IMG/VR virus record: IMGVR_UViG_3300046820_000975
Coordinates: 1 to 64,000 of that record
Strand: one strand, 5' to 3'
Source of the DNA: a virus
DNA: 64,000 nt
Of the stretch, positions 9,546 to 19,804 are shown in pieces. Below the pieces are notes generated by a model. It did no database searches, had not been told where the DNA came from, and saw only the letters and a program-made list of their open reading frames with translations. Every line of letters starts with the position of its first letter. Position 1 is the first letter of the stretch. The position numbers were made by a program, and so were the translations under genes.

Positions 9546-11519
9546 TTAAAAAAGTGATAATTGATTGTTTTGTAAATGCGCAGGTAGTACTGTCGCTCTT
9601 GATTCTACTTTAGCAATCTCATCATAAATGCGATCAAGGTAGAACTTTTCATCAACGTCATATTGTTCCCAAGGTAATTCTTGATAACGATTAAATATAG
9701 TCTGCATGTGTGGACCACTAACTAACTGTAGCTCGCGTCCATCACTGTGACATTTAATAAGTTTACAACCCTTGTTAGAGTTGTAGAATCGTAACATTTT
9801 TTGCAGTTTAGTTTCTTTGATAGAGTCATCTACCAATTCACGTCGTACAAAGTGCCAGTCACCTTTCAGTTTGACACCTGCACAATAATCATAAATGTTG
9901 CGATTGTTTGCCAAAAAGTCTTTTGGATCTACACCATCAATAAAATAAGCATACCATGCTTTAGGTATAATCAAAAAACTTTTGTTCTTATGTAAAGCTA
10001 GATTGTCAAATTCATATCTACCCTTACACTTAGGTTTTCCTTTTGTAGGAATTGCAATGTAATTGTTTACGTCTGCAATAATCATTTTCTTATACTCAAC
10101 AAATTCTAATTGCAGAGAGGTCATCTCTTGCCATTCATTGCATATTGTATAGAATAACTCTTCATCTTTTTCGTCAACTAAGAATTCCAAACCATCTGTG
10201 TTTTGCATCAGAGGTTGTGCTGTCGGTATTCTTGTAGCAATCATTTCATAAAGCATTGACAGTAGTAACTGACCATTCACAGTAATTCTAAAAGTGAATT
10301 CAGGATCATACAGAAATGAATGTCTGTTCTTACTCAAGCCATATGTGGAATTAAGAATGATCTTGAATAGATAATTCAAGGGATTCTTTTTGTCATACTT
10401 CTTACGTTCAATAAAGAACCATTCATACAGTTCGCAGAATGCTTCTTTAGATATATGTGCAGGTGACCATTTGTTTTTGATTGCAAGGTTTGGATAAAAA
10501 CTCGTAACATCAGCAGATAAGATCTTCTTACCTGGAGTTGCTTCATAAATACCAGAACTGATACAACCATGCAAACCACCCAAACCATAATCAGTTTGAA
10601 CGCCTTTGTAAGTCATACTATATTTAGGTCCTTTACGTTCTTGCTCTTCAACATCCACTACAGATGTGTCAACAACCATGGACTTAAACCAATTGTGTAC
10701 ACCAATAAACTCTGGTGTTTCAAATTTAACGTAAGGAAGTATTACATCCCTTACAGTAACATGATTACGCAAGGTGCGCATGTCTCGTAGAACTTTTTTA
10801 TCAAGCTTAAGTTTTTCTGACAAGAAGTGAAGGAACATTTCCTTTGATATCTTAGGCTCAGAAGCACTGTGAAGTCTGAGTTTATAATCTCTACTCAACT
10901 GCGCACGCAAGTTAATCTGTGATGCCATAACTTTCTCCCCACTACCATCTTTTAATAAGAAGATTGCGCGAGTACTCATTACGTCATTAATACAATACTG
11001 AACTATCTCATCTAACGTAGATGTAGACAGTACTTCAATGTAGTGTTCGTGTGGCATTTCCTCCACATTATACCAATCCATTGAGAACTGTATCCACTTC
11101 AATGATGATCTTTTCGCTTGACTATCCCAGTGATTCAACTTAAAAATATCCAGCACAGGGATACTCAATTTAAATTCTGGATAGTCAAGGAATTCACCTT
11201 TACTTGATCTGTTAATTACAGATTGTGCATACATGTAGATAAGTTTGGTAACTTCATCAGAAGACATACCGTAAAGCATGTCTTGATTTTCAAGTATGTA
11301 TTCTGTAATCTGGGAGTCAAATGAAATATTATTGTAACCAAGATGCCAATCACCTGCTACTTTACTATTGATCAGGAATGCTAAGAAATCAGGGAAGTCA
11401 TTGCGATCTTTATTGATCACAAATGTTCTGATATCATCAGAATCATAATCTGCAAATACAGCAACAAAACAATTGACAATGGTTTCATAGTCCATTATCC
11501 AGAACTTGCGAGTTCTCAT
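9546..11519 (-). CDS. Family B DNA polymerase (crAss-like)
   Basis: Exonuclease motifs DYET, GYNNISFD, YCINDV; polymerase motifs DVTSFYPN, KIILNSTYG, NTDG. Confidence 0.92.
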   Translation of the reverse strand: MRTRKFWIMDYETIVNCFVAVFADYDSDDIRTFVINKDRNDFPDFLAFLINSKVAGDWHLGYNNISFDSQITEYILENQDMLYGMSSDEVTKLIYMYAQSVINRSSKGEFLDYPEFKLSIPVLDIFKLNHWDSQAKRSSLKWIQFSMDWYNVEEMPHEHYIEVLSTSTLDEIVQYCINDVMSTRAIFLLKDGSGEKVMASQINLRAQLSRDYKLRLHSASEPKISKEMFLHFLSEKLKLDKKVLRDMRTLRNHVTVRDVILPYVKFETPEFIGVHNWFKSMVVDTSVVDVEEQERKGPKYSMTYKGVQTDYGLGGLHGCISSGIYEATPGKKILSADVTSFYPNLAIKNKWSPAHISKEAFCELYEWFFIERKKYDKKNPLNYLFKIILNSTYGLSKNRHSFLYDPEFTFRITVNGQLLLSMLYEMIATRIPTAQPLMQNTDGLEFLVDEKDEELFYTICNEWQEMTSLQLEFVEYKKMIIADVNNYIAIPTKGKPKCKGRYEFDNLALHKNKSFLIIPKAWYAYFIDGVDPKDFLANNRNIYDYCAGVKLKGDWHFVRRELVDDSIKETKLQKMLRFYNSNKGCKLIKCHSDGRELQLVSGPHMQTIFNRYQELPWEQYDVDEKFYLDRIYDEIAKVESRATVLPAHLQNNQLSLF

Positions 11520-11899
11520 TATTCAGCTTTTGGTTCTTCTGCAGGCATTGCTTCAGCTACTGATGCATGATCAGCGTTGATTGCAAACAATTCAATAAAT
11601 GCTTTTACGTCAGCTTCTTTATCTAAGTAGTACTCATAGTAAGCATCCATCATACGACGCTCTTCTACATACTGAGGTTCAGAAGTACTAGTAGCAGCTT
11701 TTAAAGGAATAGCTAATCCTTTGTCATTTAACTTAGGAAGCATTTGTGGCTTTTCCTTTTGGTCTTTGCTGATAATAGCAAGCACCTTGTTGTGTGTGTC
11801 ATAGATTGCTTCGTTAAAAGGACAATCTTCTGTTACTGGCATCATGCGGAATGTACGTTTACCATACCAGTCTGACGAATAAATCATCATGTTTTTCAT
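11519..11899 (-). CDS. Hypothetical protein in replication operon
   Basis: Overlapping stop/start with both neighbours. Confidence 0.65.
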   Translation of the reverse strand: MKNMMIYSSDWYGKRTFRMMPVTEDCPFNEAIYDTHNKVLAIISKDQKEKPQMLPKLNDKGLAIPLKAATSTSEPQYVEERRMMDAYYEYYLDKEADVKAFIELFAINADHASVAEAMPAEEPKAE

Positions 11900-12474
11900 T
11901 ATACTTGTGAATTTAAGGGGTTAGAGATTTCTGATAACTGAATGTCATGTGGGCAGTTTTCTTTTTCCAAATTAGGTTTTTCACACAACTCGCCAACATT
12001 ACGTAGAATGTCTTCATCAACATTCAGGATCTCAGCGTAGTGTTTGTAATACTTTTCTGGAAATAAAAAACTTTCAATGTACACCCATTCAGGCGTGTGT
12101 ACACCGTAGTAGTCAGTAAGTAACTTTTTTGCAGGGTTGCTCAACTTTGAATACTTGCCATTAACGACAGCTTCAAAATCTTCACCCAACATTTCAAGAT
12201 TAAATACACAAATTACAGTATCATCATTCAATGGATAACTGTATTCAAGATACTTATGTGTAATCAGATGTTTCAACTCAAACTGTTTCCAGGCTTCAGT
12301 ATCACTCTTCTTATATACGCATATCAGTTTCTTGTCTTTTAGTTGAATCCCTGAACTATCGCTGTAAGTATATACAGTTTCAGGTTTAGGATGTTTGCCC
12401 TTATTAAACCCAAGCAATGGATATAAAAAGGTAAACGATTTCTGAAAGTACTTGCGATAGATTTCTGATATCAT
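11899..12474 (-). CDS. Hypothetical protein in replication operon
   Basis: Coupled to neighbours; KSFTFLYPLL and GKYSKLS motifs resemble a crAss-like conserved protein. Confidence 0.6.
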   Translation of the reverse strand: MISEIYRKYFQKSFTFLYPLLGFNKGKHPKPETVYTYSDSSGIQLKDKKLICVYKKSDTEAWKQFELKHLITHKYLEYSYPLNDDTVICVFNLEMLGEDFEAVVNGKYSKLSNPAKKLLTDYYGVHTPEWVYIESFLFPEKYYKHYAEILNVDEDILRNVGELCEKPNLEKENCPHDIQLSEISNPLNSQV

Positions 12475-13535
12475 AACACCAACTCTTGATTTGTTAAAAA
12501 CTCATATGGTAAATCAAACTGTCTAGTTGTAAAATGCATATTTGCTTCTTCCAACTTTTTCTTTGTGTTGATCAACCACTCTTGCATAGTAGCGTCAGAT
12601 ACTTTAATAGGTGCAATCTGCATGTAAGGATCAATAACAATGAATCTAAATTCAATGTTCCAATCTGCATACTGAGGTTGAGAACGATATGTTGAATCAA
12701 CTAGTATGTGATACATAGCAGCTTGTATCCAGTAACGAAAGTACTGAATACTATCAGGAAAATCTGATAATGCTTTGCTTGTTTTCTTTACGTCATTAAC
12801 ACGTATTGTCTTAGTATTTGGATCAAACACTAAGTTGTCAACGAAACCACGTAAACCAAACGTGTATTCTTCAGGCATTGCAGTTAATTCAATCTCGTTG
12901 AATTTTTTGATACCATTGAATGCGTCAGCAAAGTATCCCATCTTATCCATAACAGTAGGATTAGATGTAATCTTATCTACTACTTGTTTACAGAAAGAAT
13001 AAGTTTCATGCGATATGATACTTTTCTTTTCTGAATTTATGAGCATTGTAAAATACTCAATTGTTTTCTCATTGATAACTTTCTCAAGTCTCTGTTCATC
13101 AGTTTTCAAAGTCTGGTAAAGATTCATATCTTTTAAGATATCAATCAATGCATCTTTTGATTCTGATAAAAGATCACGTGTTGAAGTATCAAATCCATTT
13201 CTTTTGAGTTCTTGTAGGTGTGCAAACAACATGTCAATTACCTTACGTTGGTTATCGTTTGGTAAATTCTTTGCTGCAAGCACAAAATTGTCGTCAAATG
13301 ATTCAGGTTTTAATAACAAGCAGTGAATTAAACTACCTTCTATTACACTTAAATCTGTACTGTCTTCACGTTGGTTCAACACATAGTGCTGATAGAACAA
13401 CGCGGGACTGTGAACAAGCTTATTCAAACCAGAATAAGACATAAGGAAACCTCTTGAGAAGAAGTCATCCTCACGTGTAATTCTTTCTGATAAACTTGGG
13501 GGAGCAACGAATGCTTTTGTTAAATTTGATGCCAT
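12471..13535 (-). CDS. PD-(D/E)xK exonuclease (RecE/DUF3799-like)
   Basis: SYSGL, GSLIHCLLL, RGFVDNL...VNDVKKT, YWIQAAMY. Confidence 0.78.
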   Translation of the reverse strand: MASNLTKAFVAPPSLSERITREDDFFSRGFLMSYSGLNKLVHSPALFYQHYVLNQREDSTDLSVIEGSLIHCLLLKPESFDDNFVLAAKNLPNDNQRKVIDMLFAHLQELKRNGFDTSTRDLLSESKDALIDILKDMNLYQTLKTDEQRLEKVINEKTIEYFTMLINSEKKSIISHETYSFCKQVVDKITSNPTVMDKMGYFADAFNGIKKFNEIELTAMPEEYTFGLRGFVDNLVFDPNTKTIRVNDVKKTSKALSDFPDSIQYFRYWIQAAMYHILVDSTYRSQPQYADWNIEFRFIVIDPYMQIAPIKVSDATMQEWLINTKKKLEEANMHFTTRQFDLPYEFLTNQELVL

Positions 13536-13536
13536 A

Positions 13537-13974
13537 CTATATCATGTCTTTTTTATAGTAACGTCCTAAAATATTACCATTGTAACTGTCTGCTCTTAAA
13601 ACATCCAGTTTGATTTGCCACTCTATCTCGCAAAAGCTGAGATACTTTTTACTTTTACACAACTGCACGATTTCTCTTGTGAAACATGCTTCTCCGTACT
13701 TAGCAACATCTGCTGATAGTTCTTTTGACGAACCATAATATGTCAACCAATCTGATTCTTTAATGACTTTCTTAAATGTCTTACGTGTTTTAGTTTCTAA
13801 CTTTTCTTTCTTTGTTATTCTAGTTTTGCGTGAATGCTGTAGGTTCTTCTTACCAATATAGAACTTACCAGTTCTTGCATTAGTTATTCTGTAGATAAAA
13901 CCAACTACGTTTTCATAGTCAGGAATATCTTCAATAGAATCTATTGCTTTGTAATTTAAAATCCATTTATTCAT
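13537..13974 (-). CDS. GIY-YIG endonuclease (T4 EndoII-like)
   Basis: GFIYRITN...FYIGKK, WLTYYGSS, FTREI, YNGNI. Confidence 0.82.
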   Translation of the reverse strand: MNKWILNYKAIDSIEDIPDYENVVGFIYRITNARTGKFYIGKKNLQHSRKTRITKKEKLETKTRKTFKKVIKESDWLTYYGSSKELSADVAKYGEACFTREIVQLCKSKKYLSFCEIEWQIKLDVLRADSYNGNILGRYYKKDMI

Positions 13975-13978
13975 AATG

Positions 13979-14008
13979 CAAAATTAGTAAAGTTTAAACT
14001 TTATGCAA
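13979..14008 (-). promoter_or_regulatory. Bacteroidota-type promoter upstream of the GIY-YIG gene
   Basis: Minus strand TTG-N19-TAATTTTG. It lies very close to the ATG, so the transcript would be near-leaderless or serve downstream genes. Confidence 0.4.
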
Positions 14009-15017
14009 CAACATTTGTTAAGTTTAAATCTGAATAGCGATCTAACGCACGCGAAATTCCAGGTAAAAGAATACGCAACGCTTCATCTTTACCTTTTACT
14101 TTTACTAAGTCACTAATGTCTTTCTCTTGTGGCACGTATACATAGGGTAATTGATACTTACTTTCATAAGCTTTCATACTCTTTACACCTGCTTCATCAC
14201 TGTCCATAATAGTAATCACTTTAGCATACCTCTGTTTGTATTCTGTAATACGCTCTTCAGAAATCATAGTGTTCTCACTGTCAGGAGCAATGACGTCAAA
14301 CTTAAAGTTTGCAAGACTTTTTAAAGATATCAAATCTTTTAAAGAAGATGCGATTATAAGTACTTCATTATCATTGAGTTGTTCAGAACCCTGCAGATAA
14401 TTACACACTTTAATAAACTTTCTATCTTTATTTGTTGGTTGATATATCTTGTATAAGGTACCATCCTTCATAAAGTAACCATATATGTTACGTCCTGTAA
14501 CTGTAAACTCTTGTGTTTGAATGTTGTCATTCAACTTCTTACTCATTACATAACGATTGATTGGCTTTACAAGATGTTCTTCTAACATTGAACTAGATAT
14601 GTTATATCCACTCCAGAAATCAGCATCATCTTGTGACCAACCTCTAACAGTATAATCAGCAACTTTCCATGCAGAATGCTCAATGATACGCGTTTCACAA
14701 CGCTTACCTGTTTTGAGAAATGCTACATAGTCATCACTAATTCTTTTGGCTGCCTCAACAAATGGTACTCCCCACATGTACATCATTAGTTCTATTGCAC
14801 TACCACTTTTACCAGTGCTAAAACATTTATAACGATAAGTGTTTTGCTCTTTGTAATAGTACAAAAACATTGAAGGAGTTCTGTCACTTTGATTAAAAAT
14901 ACTACGTATACGTACACTCTGCCCAATCAATGGAGAATCTAAACCTAAATAGTTTTCAAATATCCAGTGAGCAGGAATGTCAGTTACTTTGTCTATATGA
15001 TGTTTGACAGAAAACAT
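14001..15017 (-). CDS. DNA primase (crAss-like, Toprim)
   Basis: DRTPSM, YKCFSTG, YKIYQP, SSLKD, APDSE, MDSDEAG, KDISD. Confidence 0.82.
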   Translation of the reverse strand: MFSVKHHIDKVTDIPAHWIFENYLGLDSPLIGQSVRIRSIFNQSDRTPSMFLYYYKEQNTYRYKCFSTGKSGSAIELMMYMWGVPFVEAAKRISDDYVAFLKTGKRCETRIIEHSAWKVADYTVRGWSQDDADFWSGYNISSSMLEEHLVKPINRYVMSKKLNDNIQTQEFTVTGRNIYGYFMKDGTLYKIYQPTNKDRKFIKVCNYLQGSEQLNDNEVLIIASSLKDLISLKSLANFKFDVIAPDSENTMISEERITEYKQRYAKVITIMDSDEAGVKSMKAYESKYQLPYVYVPQEKDISDLVKVKGKDEALRILLPGISRALDRYSDLNLTNVVA

Positions 15018-15029
15018 AAGACTATAGTT

Positions 15030-15062
15030 AAAAAAAGGGGAAGATAATTAACCTTCCCCTTT
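15030..15062 (-). terminator. Intrinsic terminator
   Basis: AAAGGGGAAG/CTTCCCCTTT stem; the plus-strand A tract gives a U tract on the minus transcript. Confidence 0.75.
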
Positions 15063-15078
15063 AATTATGACAATTAAA

Positions 15079-15798
15079 TTATGGAAGCATTAAGTCACTA
15101 CCCAATCCAGTTGAAGTAGGTTCTTGTCCACCAAATCCTGATAATGATTCAGCAGCAGCAGGACCTTCAGCTTTTTGAATGATGTGTTTTGCACGATCAA
15201 ATTTCAAAAGATTAACTGGTTCACCTGTGCGCTCATCAAGATTAGCAGATGCGATTGGCATCAACTTACCTTCAGATTTTGGTAAGAACATACGATAGTT
15301 TGGTTTATCATAACCTTCAGTAAAGTATTCTTGACCGCCAATAGTAAAGTATCCCCATACCTCAGGGTTTGTTACATACTTTTTAACTACACCAACGTAT
15401 TCTTCAATAGTTTCTGCTTCTACATTGTCAGCATTCATTTGATCTAAAACACCTAATGCTTTAGCAAGATTGTTAACCCAACGGAAAATCTGTTCATCAC
15501 GTTTTACCTCACGTCCTTGGTATACAAATGTACTAAAAGGATAGCGACCTGCGCGAATGTTTGCAATCTGACCACGATAGTTACCCAAGCTTGGATTCAT
15601 TTTGTCAATTGGTAAACCAGCAAAATCATCACCTTGATCTTCACCTTCAACTAACAGATTCAAACTATATGCTTCTGTGTTGTAAGGAGGAGTCTCAAGT
15701 TTCATATCAAGGATGTGACAGAAATGTGTTCCTGGACTTAAGATTTTTGGCACTGAACTGCTGCCACCATTTGGGTTAAAAGATGTACTCTTAAACAT
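15079..15798 (-). CDS. Putative ssDNA-binding protein
   Basis: Position between Sak4-like ATPase and primase, beta-rich core and flexible tail. Function is inferred. Confidence 0.4.
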   Translation of the reverse strand: MFKSTSFNPNGGSSSVPKILSPGTHFCHILDMKLETPPYNTEAYSLNLLVEGEDQGDDFAGLPIDKMNPSLGNYRGQIANIRAGRYPFSTFVYQGREVKRDEQIFRWVNNLAKALGVLDQMNADNVEAETIEEYVGVVKKYVTNPEVWGYFTIGGQEYFTEGYDKPNYRMFLPKSEGKLMPIASANLDERTGEPVNLLKFDRAKHIIQKAEGPAAAESLSGFGGQEPTSTGLGSDLMLP

Positions 15799-15818
15799 AA
15801 TAATTAGGGTTTTAAAAA

Positions 15819-16586
15819 TTAATCAATGTAGATTTTGTTCCAATGAGATGTCATTTTACCATCTTTATCAATCTCTGAGATAACAATCTCTTGATTGCGT
15901 AGATGATTAGGTCTTGCACCACATGCAACCTCATCAGTTGTTTTAAATGAAATAATGTTCTTATCTCCTTTACGGTAGAGATAACCAATAGCATCAGCAT
16001 TCGCAGATGTGATACTTTTGATTTTACCTGTTAATTGTAAATCAGAAGTGTTGAATTCCACTCCATTCTTTTCAATCAATGTGTCTTTAATGTGACCAAC
16101 AAGGATGATATTTGGTGCTAAAGTTTTGACGTAATTAATTACCTTTTCAAATGCTTGACGCAAATATGCATATCCCCCACCATTAGGTAGTTGTGTAATA
16201 GTTCCATACTTTAGTTTACCATCAGTAAACCAGCTTTTACCCATTGGAGTTTTTGAATATAACTCTTCTGCGTAAGGAATACACAATTCTTCTAATGCTG
16301 AAATTGTATCTAATGCAATGTACTTGTATGGTTTTTCAGCTGCAAGTATTGCTTTACCAATCGTAACGATGTCAGCAACAGAATTAGCTTTAACCTTTAA
16401 AGCATCTACATAATCAGTACCACTTTCAAGATCAATTATTAAACAGTTATCCAACTGAGAAAGCAAAGTTGTCTTGCCTACTTTTGGTTTACTGAAAATA
16501 ATCAAACTCTTTGGACTCACACAAGCTGCTGGTACTTTAGCAGTTGGTAATACGAATCCTCCCTCAGATTTTACTTCTGCTGCCAT
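15819..16586 (-). CDS. AAA_24/Sak4-like ATPase; likely start MAAEVK at 16586
   Basis: SKPKVGKTT Walker A, IIDLESG, IALDTIS, ILVGHIKD, ADAIGYLYR. Confidence 0.8.
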   Translation of the reverse strand: MAAEVKSEGGFVLPTAKVPAACVSPKSLIIFSKPKVGKTTLLSQLDNCLIIDLESGTDYVDALKVKANSVADIVTIGKAILAAEKPYKYIALDTISALEELCIPYAEELYSKTPMGKSWFTDGKLKYGTITQLPNGGGYAYLRQAFEKVINYVKTLAPNIILVGHIKDTLIEKNGVEFNTSDLQLTGKIKSITSANADAIGYLYRKGDKNIISFKTTDEVACGARPNHLRNQEIVISEIDKDGKMTSHWNKIYID

Positions 16587-17212
16587 TGATGTCCTTTTTG
16601 AATTAATTGGTTTAACCATTTCTTGTTTGACATTGGCACGTTTTGTAACATGCAATACAAATCACGAATAGTCATTTTTGTGTAATGATCGTCATCCTGT
16701 TCTGAAAACATATCAGAAAGTTTTGCTTCATCAAACATGTCTTCAATAGATACAGGTTTTGTAGGTACTTCAGATGCAACAATAGGTACAGCAGAAGATA
16801 CTGGCGTACGATTGATTACAACTAAGTCACTCAACTTAACAGCAAATGTAGACATTGCTGATTTACCTGAAGTGTTTGTCACTACTTCCTTATACTTATC
16901 TTGTTCAGATTTCCAATGTGGATTATAAGGTAGGTAATAAAGTACACGCTCTTTCTCATGAAAGAAATTGAAATCCCAATCATACAATTCTATGTACAAT
17001 CCTGATTCATTTTGTAGTTCAGATTGAAAGAAGCGAATACATTCAACGCGCGGTGTAAACTCTTTTCCTAGATAACATAATTTAGCAAGAAACGCAGGTG
17101 CATTTTCTTTGTGCTTGGAAGCAATCATGTTAATCCAAAAAGGTTTAAATTCTGCAGTCATTTCTGGTGCAGTCTTTTTGATTGGCGTTGTGTCTTGAGA
17201 ATTAAAAGCCAT
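16571..17212 (-). CDS. Hypothetical protein
   Basis: Co-oriented ORF with C-terminal MTIRD...PMSNKKWLNQLI motif. Confidence 0.6.
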   Translation of the reverse strand: MAFNSQDTTPIKKTAPEMTAEFKPFWINMIASKHKENAPAFLAKLCYLGKEFTPRVECIRFFQSELQNESGLYIELYDWDFNFFHEKERVLYYLPYNPHWKSEQDKYKEVVTNTSGKSAMSTFAVKLSDLVVINRTPVSSAVPIVASEVPTKPVSIEDMFDEAKLSDMFSEQDDDHYTKMTIRDLYCMLQNVPMSNKKWLNQLIQKGHQWQQK

Positions 17213-17230
17213 TTGTTAAGTTTTAAATTG

Positions 17231-18238
17231 TTACTTTCTAGATGAAAGAGCAGGTGCCATACGTGGTGCAGAGGTTTCGACAAGAGTCATCAATGCGTAC
17301 TCAGCTCTATACCACTGTATTCCTGTTTCACCAAATCGGTTTTTCAAAACATGCATCGCTAACAAATACTTGTCAGTAGGTTCTATGACAAATCTTTGTG
17401 GGCCATACGTGTTAAGATTGTACTTTGCTGGACGATTATAAGCAACCATAACATCTGCACATTGAAGCAGATAGTCAGATCCAAATACGTCAGCTTCTGT
17501 AGGGAAGTTTGACAAGTTGCCAGGCTTTTGACGTTCAGGATCGTCAATCTCTCTGTTAAGCTGTGTCAATACTATGAACGTCACAGGAAGTGCGTTCTTC
17601 ATTTCAGTCATCATCGTTGCTAAATGTTGAAGCGTTTGCTGACGATTAGTCTCTGTACCACTTTGCTTTACAAGTAGCGTGTGGTCTAGAGTTGCAATGA
17701 AAGGTTTCTTAACCTCTTTATAAAAATCAATCAACGCTTTTTTCATTTCAAGAACTGTCATTGGTTTATCAATAACATAATCTTGACGATGACTTTGAGA
17801 TTTAATATAGACTTGTAGTCTATGTAAATCTGCTTCTGAAACAGGTGGCATACCATCATCTCCAGAACTCTGAAGATAACGTATGTTCATTCTGTTAGCA
17901 CTGGATAACTCACGCAACGCCAGATTTCTACCAAGCATCTCAAACTGAAAGTGCAGTACCGCAAAATCCTGCTCTTTGTTTAAGTTCTGTAGTTCTCTGG
18001 TGAGAGAAGATGCGATGAGTGTTTTACCTACTCCAGGTCTAGCAGCAAGTACATACAATGATTGCCACTCAATACCATTTAAACCAATACTGTTGAATCC
18101 TTCCCATTGCGTGCGTAGTGATTTGATTTCACCTTTTGCGCGGGAGGTAATGTAGTCAATACCTTGTTGCATTATTTCTGTATACTGCTTCCATTGTTTG
18201 GATTCAGTATCAGGTTTAATATCTGTTGGTTTATACAT
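17231..18238 (-). CDS. dnaB: DnaB-like replicative helicase
   Basis: AARPGVGKT, FQFEM, LDHTLL, LTQLNR, QCADV, KNRFG. Confidence 0.88.
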   Translation of the reverse strand: MYKPTDIKPDTESKQWKQYTEIMQQGIDYITSRAKGEIKSLRTQWEGFNSIGLNGIEWQSLYVLAARPGVGKTLIASSLTRELQNLNKEQDFAVLHFQFEMLGRNLALRELSSANRMNIRYLQSSGDDGMPPVSEADLHRLQVYIKSQSHRQDYVIDKPMTVLEMKKALIDFYKEVKKPFIATLDHTLLVKQSGTETNRQQTLQHLATMMTEMKNALPVTFIVLTQLNREIDDPERQKPGNLSNFPTEADVFGSDYLLQCADVMVAYNRPAKYNLNTYGPQRFVIEPTDKYLLAMHVLKNRFGETGIQWYRAEYALMTLVETSAPRMAPALSSRK

Positions 18239-18259
18239 GCTACAATAAATGTGAGCTTA

Positions 18260-18290
18260 CAAAGATACTTCAGTTATTAGTTAAAGACAA
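18260..18290 (-). promoter_or_regulatory. Bacteroidota-type promoter for the dnaB operon
   Basis: Minus strand TTG-N20-TATCTTTG. Confidence 0.6.
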
Positions 18291-18312
18291 CAAATAAACC
18301 AAATAAAGTTAT

Positions 18313-19044
18313 TCACACCCATAGAATAGGTGGTGTCTTTGCTTCAATTAATAAATTATTTACCTTGTTAAAGATGTCATTACAATCCCATGCATTTAAT
18401 CTAGCATAAGCTGCTGAAGCTGGATGACTGCAATGCATAACTATATGATTGTCAGGCACTAATGCTTCTAACTCTTGAGTTTTCTTACCCATAAATACCC
18501 AGATGATTTGTTTATCAAGCGTCTTAAGCATGTCAAACAGGTACTGAATAAATGGTTTCCATATTTGGTAGTGCTTACCAATCTTGTTTATCTCTGTAGT
18601 CAAGGCAGTGTTAAGCATTAAGATACCTTGATTGGCCAAATGTGTTAAGTCTGGATTCATCAAAGTTGTATCTAACTTCTCATCGTGTACTGTCTTGTTA
18701 ATAGCAGCTAGCATATATCTTAACGATGCTTCTGCTTTGCGTGTATTACCACAACTAAAAGCAACACCATCTGCAACTCCTGCTTGTGGGTATGGATCTT
18801 GACCTACCATAATAACTCTCAGTTTGTCAACTGGACATTCTGTAAACGCTCTAAATACTTGACGTAATGCTGGCGTAAATCTGCGTCCTTCAGATACTTC
18901 TGTATGTAAAGTTTCAATAATGTTTTTGAAATCTTCAGATACTAAAAATCCTTTCAATAAGTTATGCCATCCAGATGGCTTTAAGATTTCTGATAACTTT
19001 TGAACTATCTCATCATGATTGATGCTAGAAATTTTCTCACTCAT
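18313..19044 (-). CDS. ung: Uracil-DNA glycosylase, family 1
   Basis: GQDPYP, ADGVAFS, QGILMLNTALT, HPAS. Confidence 0.92.
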   Translation of the reverse strand: MSEKISSINHDEIVQKLSEILKPSGWHNLLKGFLVSEDFKNIIETLHTEVSEGRRFTPALRQVFRAFTECPVDKLRVIMVGQDPYPQAGVADGVAFSCGNTRKAEASLRYMLAAINKTVHDEKLDTTLMNPDLTHLANQGILMLNTALTTEINKIGKHYQIWKPFIQYLFDMLKTLDKQIIWVFMGKKTQELEALVPDNHIVMHCSHPASAAYARLNAWDCNDIFNKVNNLLIEAKTPPILWV

Positions 19045-19095
19045 TGTTACAATGTTGTAGTTTTAGTTTATATTTGTACTTTAAATCTAACAGCT

Positions 19096-19452
19096 ATGTC
19101 AGACACAAGTAAATCGTCAGAAGAAAAATTGATTCAGGTAATTAAACCTGATGCAATTGTTAATGTTAAAGTAAGCACAGGGTACTATCGTCGCTTTCAA
19201 GAAGCAACTATGCAACTTGTATCAAGTAAAACAAAAGAAGAACTTGAAAAAGCTTTAGAAGAAATCAAGTCAGGTAAAATTGAAACTGAATGGGTTAAGC
19301 ATTATGAAACTTTACTTATCTTTTGTAAAGAATTTGAAACTAATGCTAAAGAAGAGGGTATGACTGAAATGATTTCTGCTAAAGAGTTACAAGAAAGAAT
19401 TAGTAAGTTTGAACCTACTAGTCCAACTGATAGCCAACCAGATGAGCAATAG
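19096..19452 (+). CDS. Isolated plus-strand hypothetical protein, 118 aa; likely start MSDTSK
   Basis: TATATTTG -7 element at 19069-19076; fills the gap between minus-strand genes. Confidence 0.7.
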   Translation: MSDTSKSSEEKLIQVIKPDAIVNVKVSTGYYRRFQEATMQLVSSKTKEELEKALEEIKSGKIETEWVKHYETLLIFCKEFETNAKEEGMTEMISAKELQERISKFEPTSPTDSQPDEQ

Positions 19453-19804
19453 AGTAGCAAATCTCAATTGCAGATGCCATGTCATCTTTGTTACAGTCAG
19501 CAAAACTTTTATAAGTAGTGCTTCCTGTTTCACTGACCTGAGTGAGACCTGCTCTTGATTTAACTTCTTCTTTCATCTCTTCAAATGTGTGACCTGTAAA
19601 GGTTGCTAATTCGCGAATCATCGCGTGAACTTTTGCCAATTGACCAAGGGTCTTATCGTTGTCTTTAACTTGTGTAATATAAACTTCCACAGTTTCACCT
19701 TCAATAAGACCTTTGTTAAATAACTTAAGTTTTGCTGTATCAGCTGGTGATTTGGGAACCAATACACCATCTTTCAATACATAGGTTGCTGTTACGTTTC
19801 TCAT
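19418..19804 (-). CDS. NinB-like recombination protein
   Basis: KTLGQLAKVHAMIRELA...GHTFEEMK...KS pattern. Confidence 0.55.
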   Translation of the reverse strand: MRNVTATYVLKDGVLVPKSPADTAKLKLFNKGLIEGETVEVYITQVKDNDKTLGQLAKVHAMIRELATFTGHTFEEMKEEVKSRAGLTQVSETGSTTYKSFADCNKDDMASAIEICYSIAHLVGYQLD

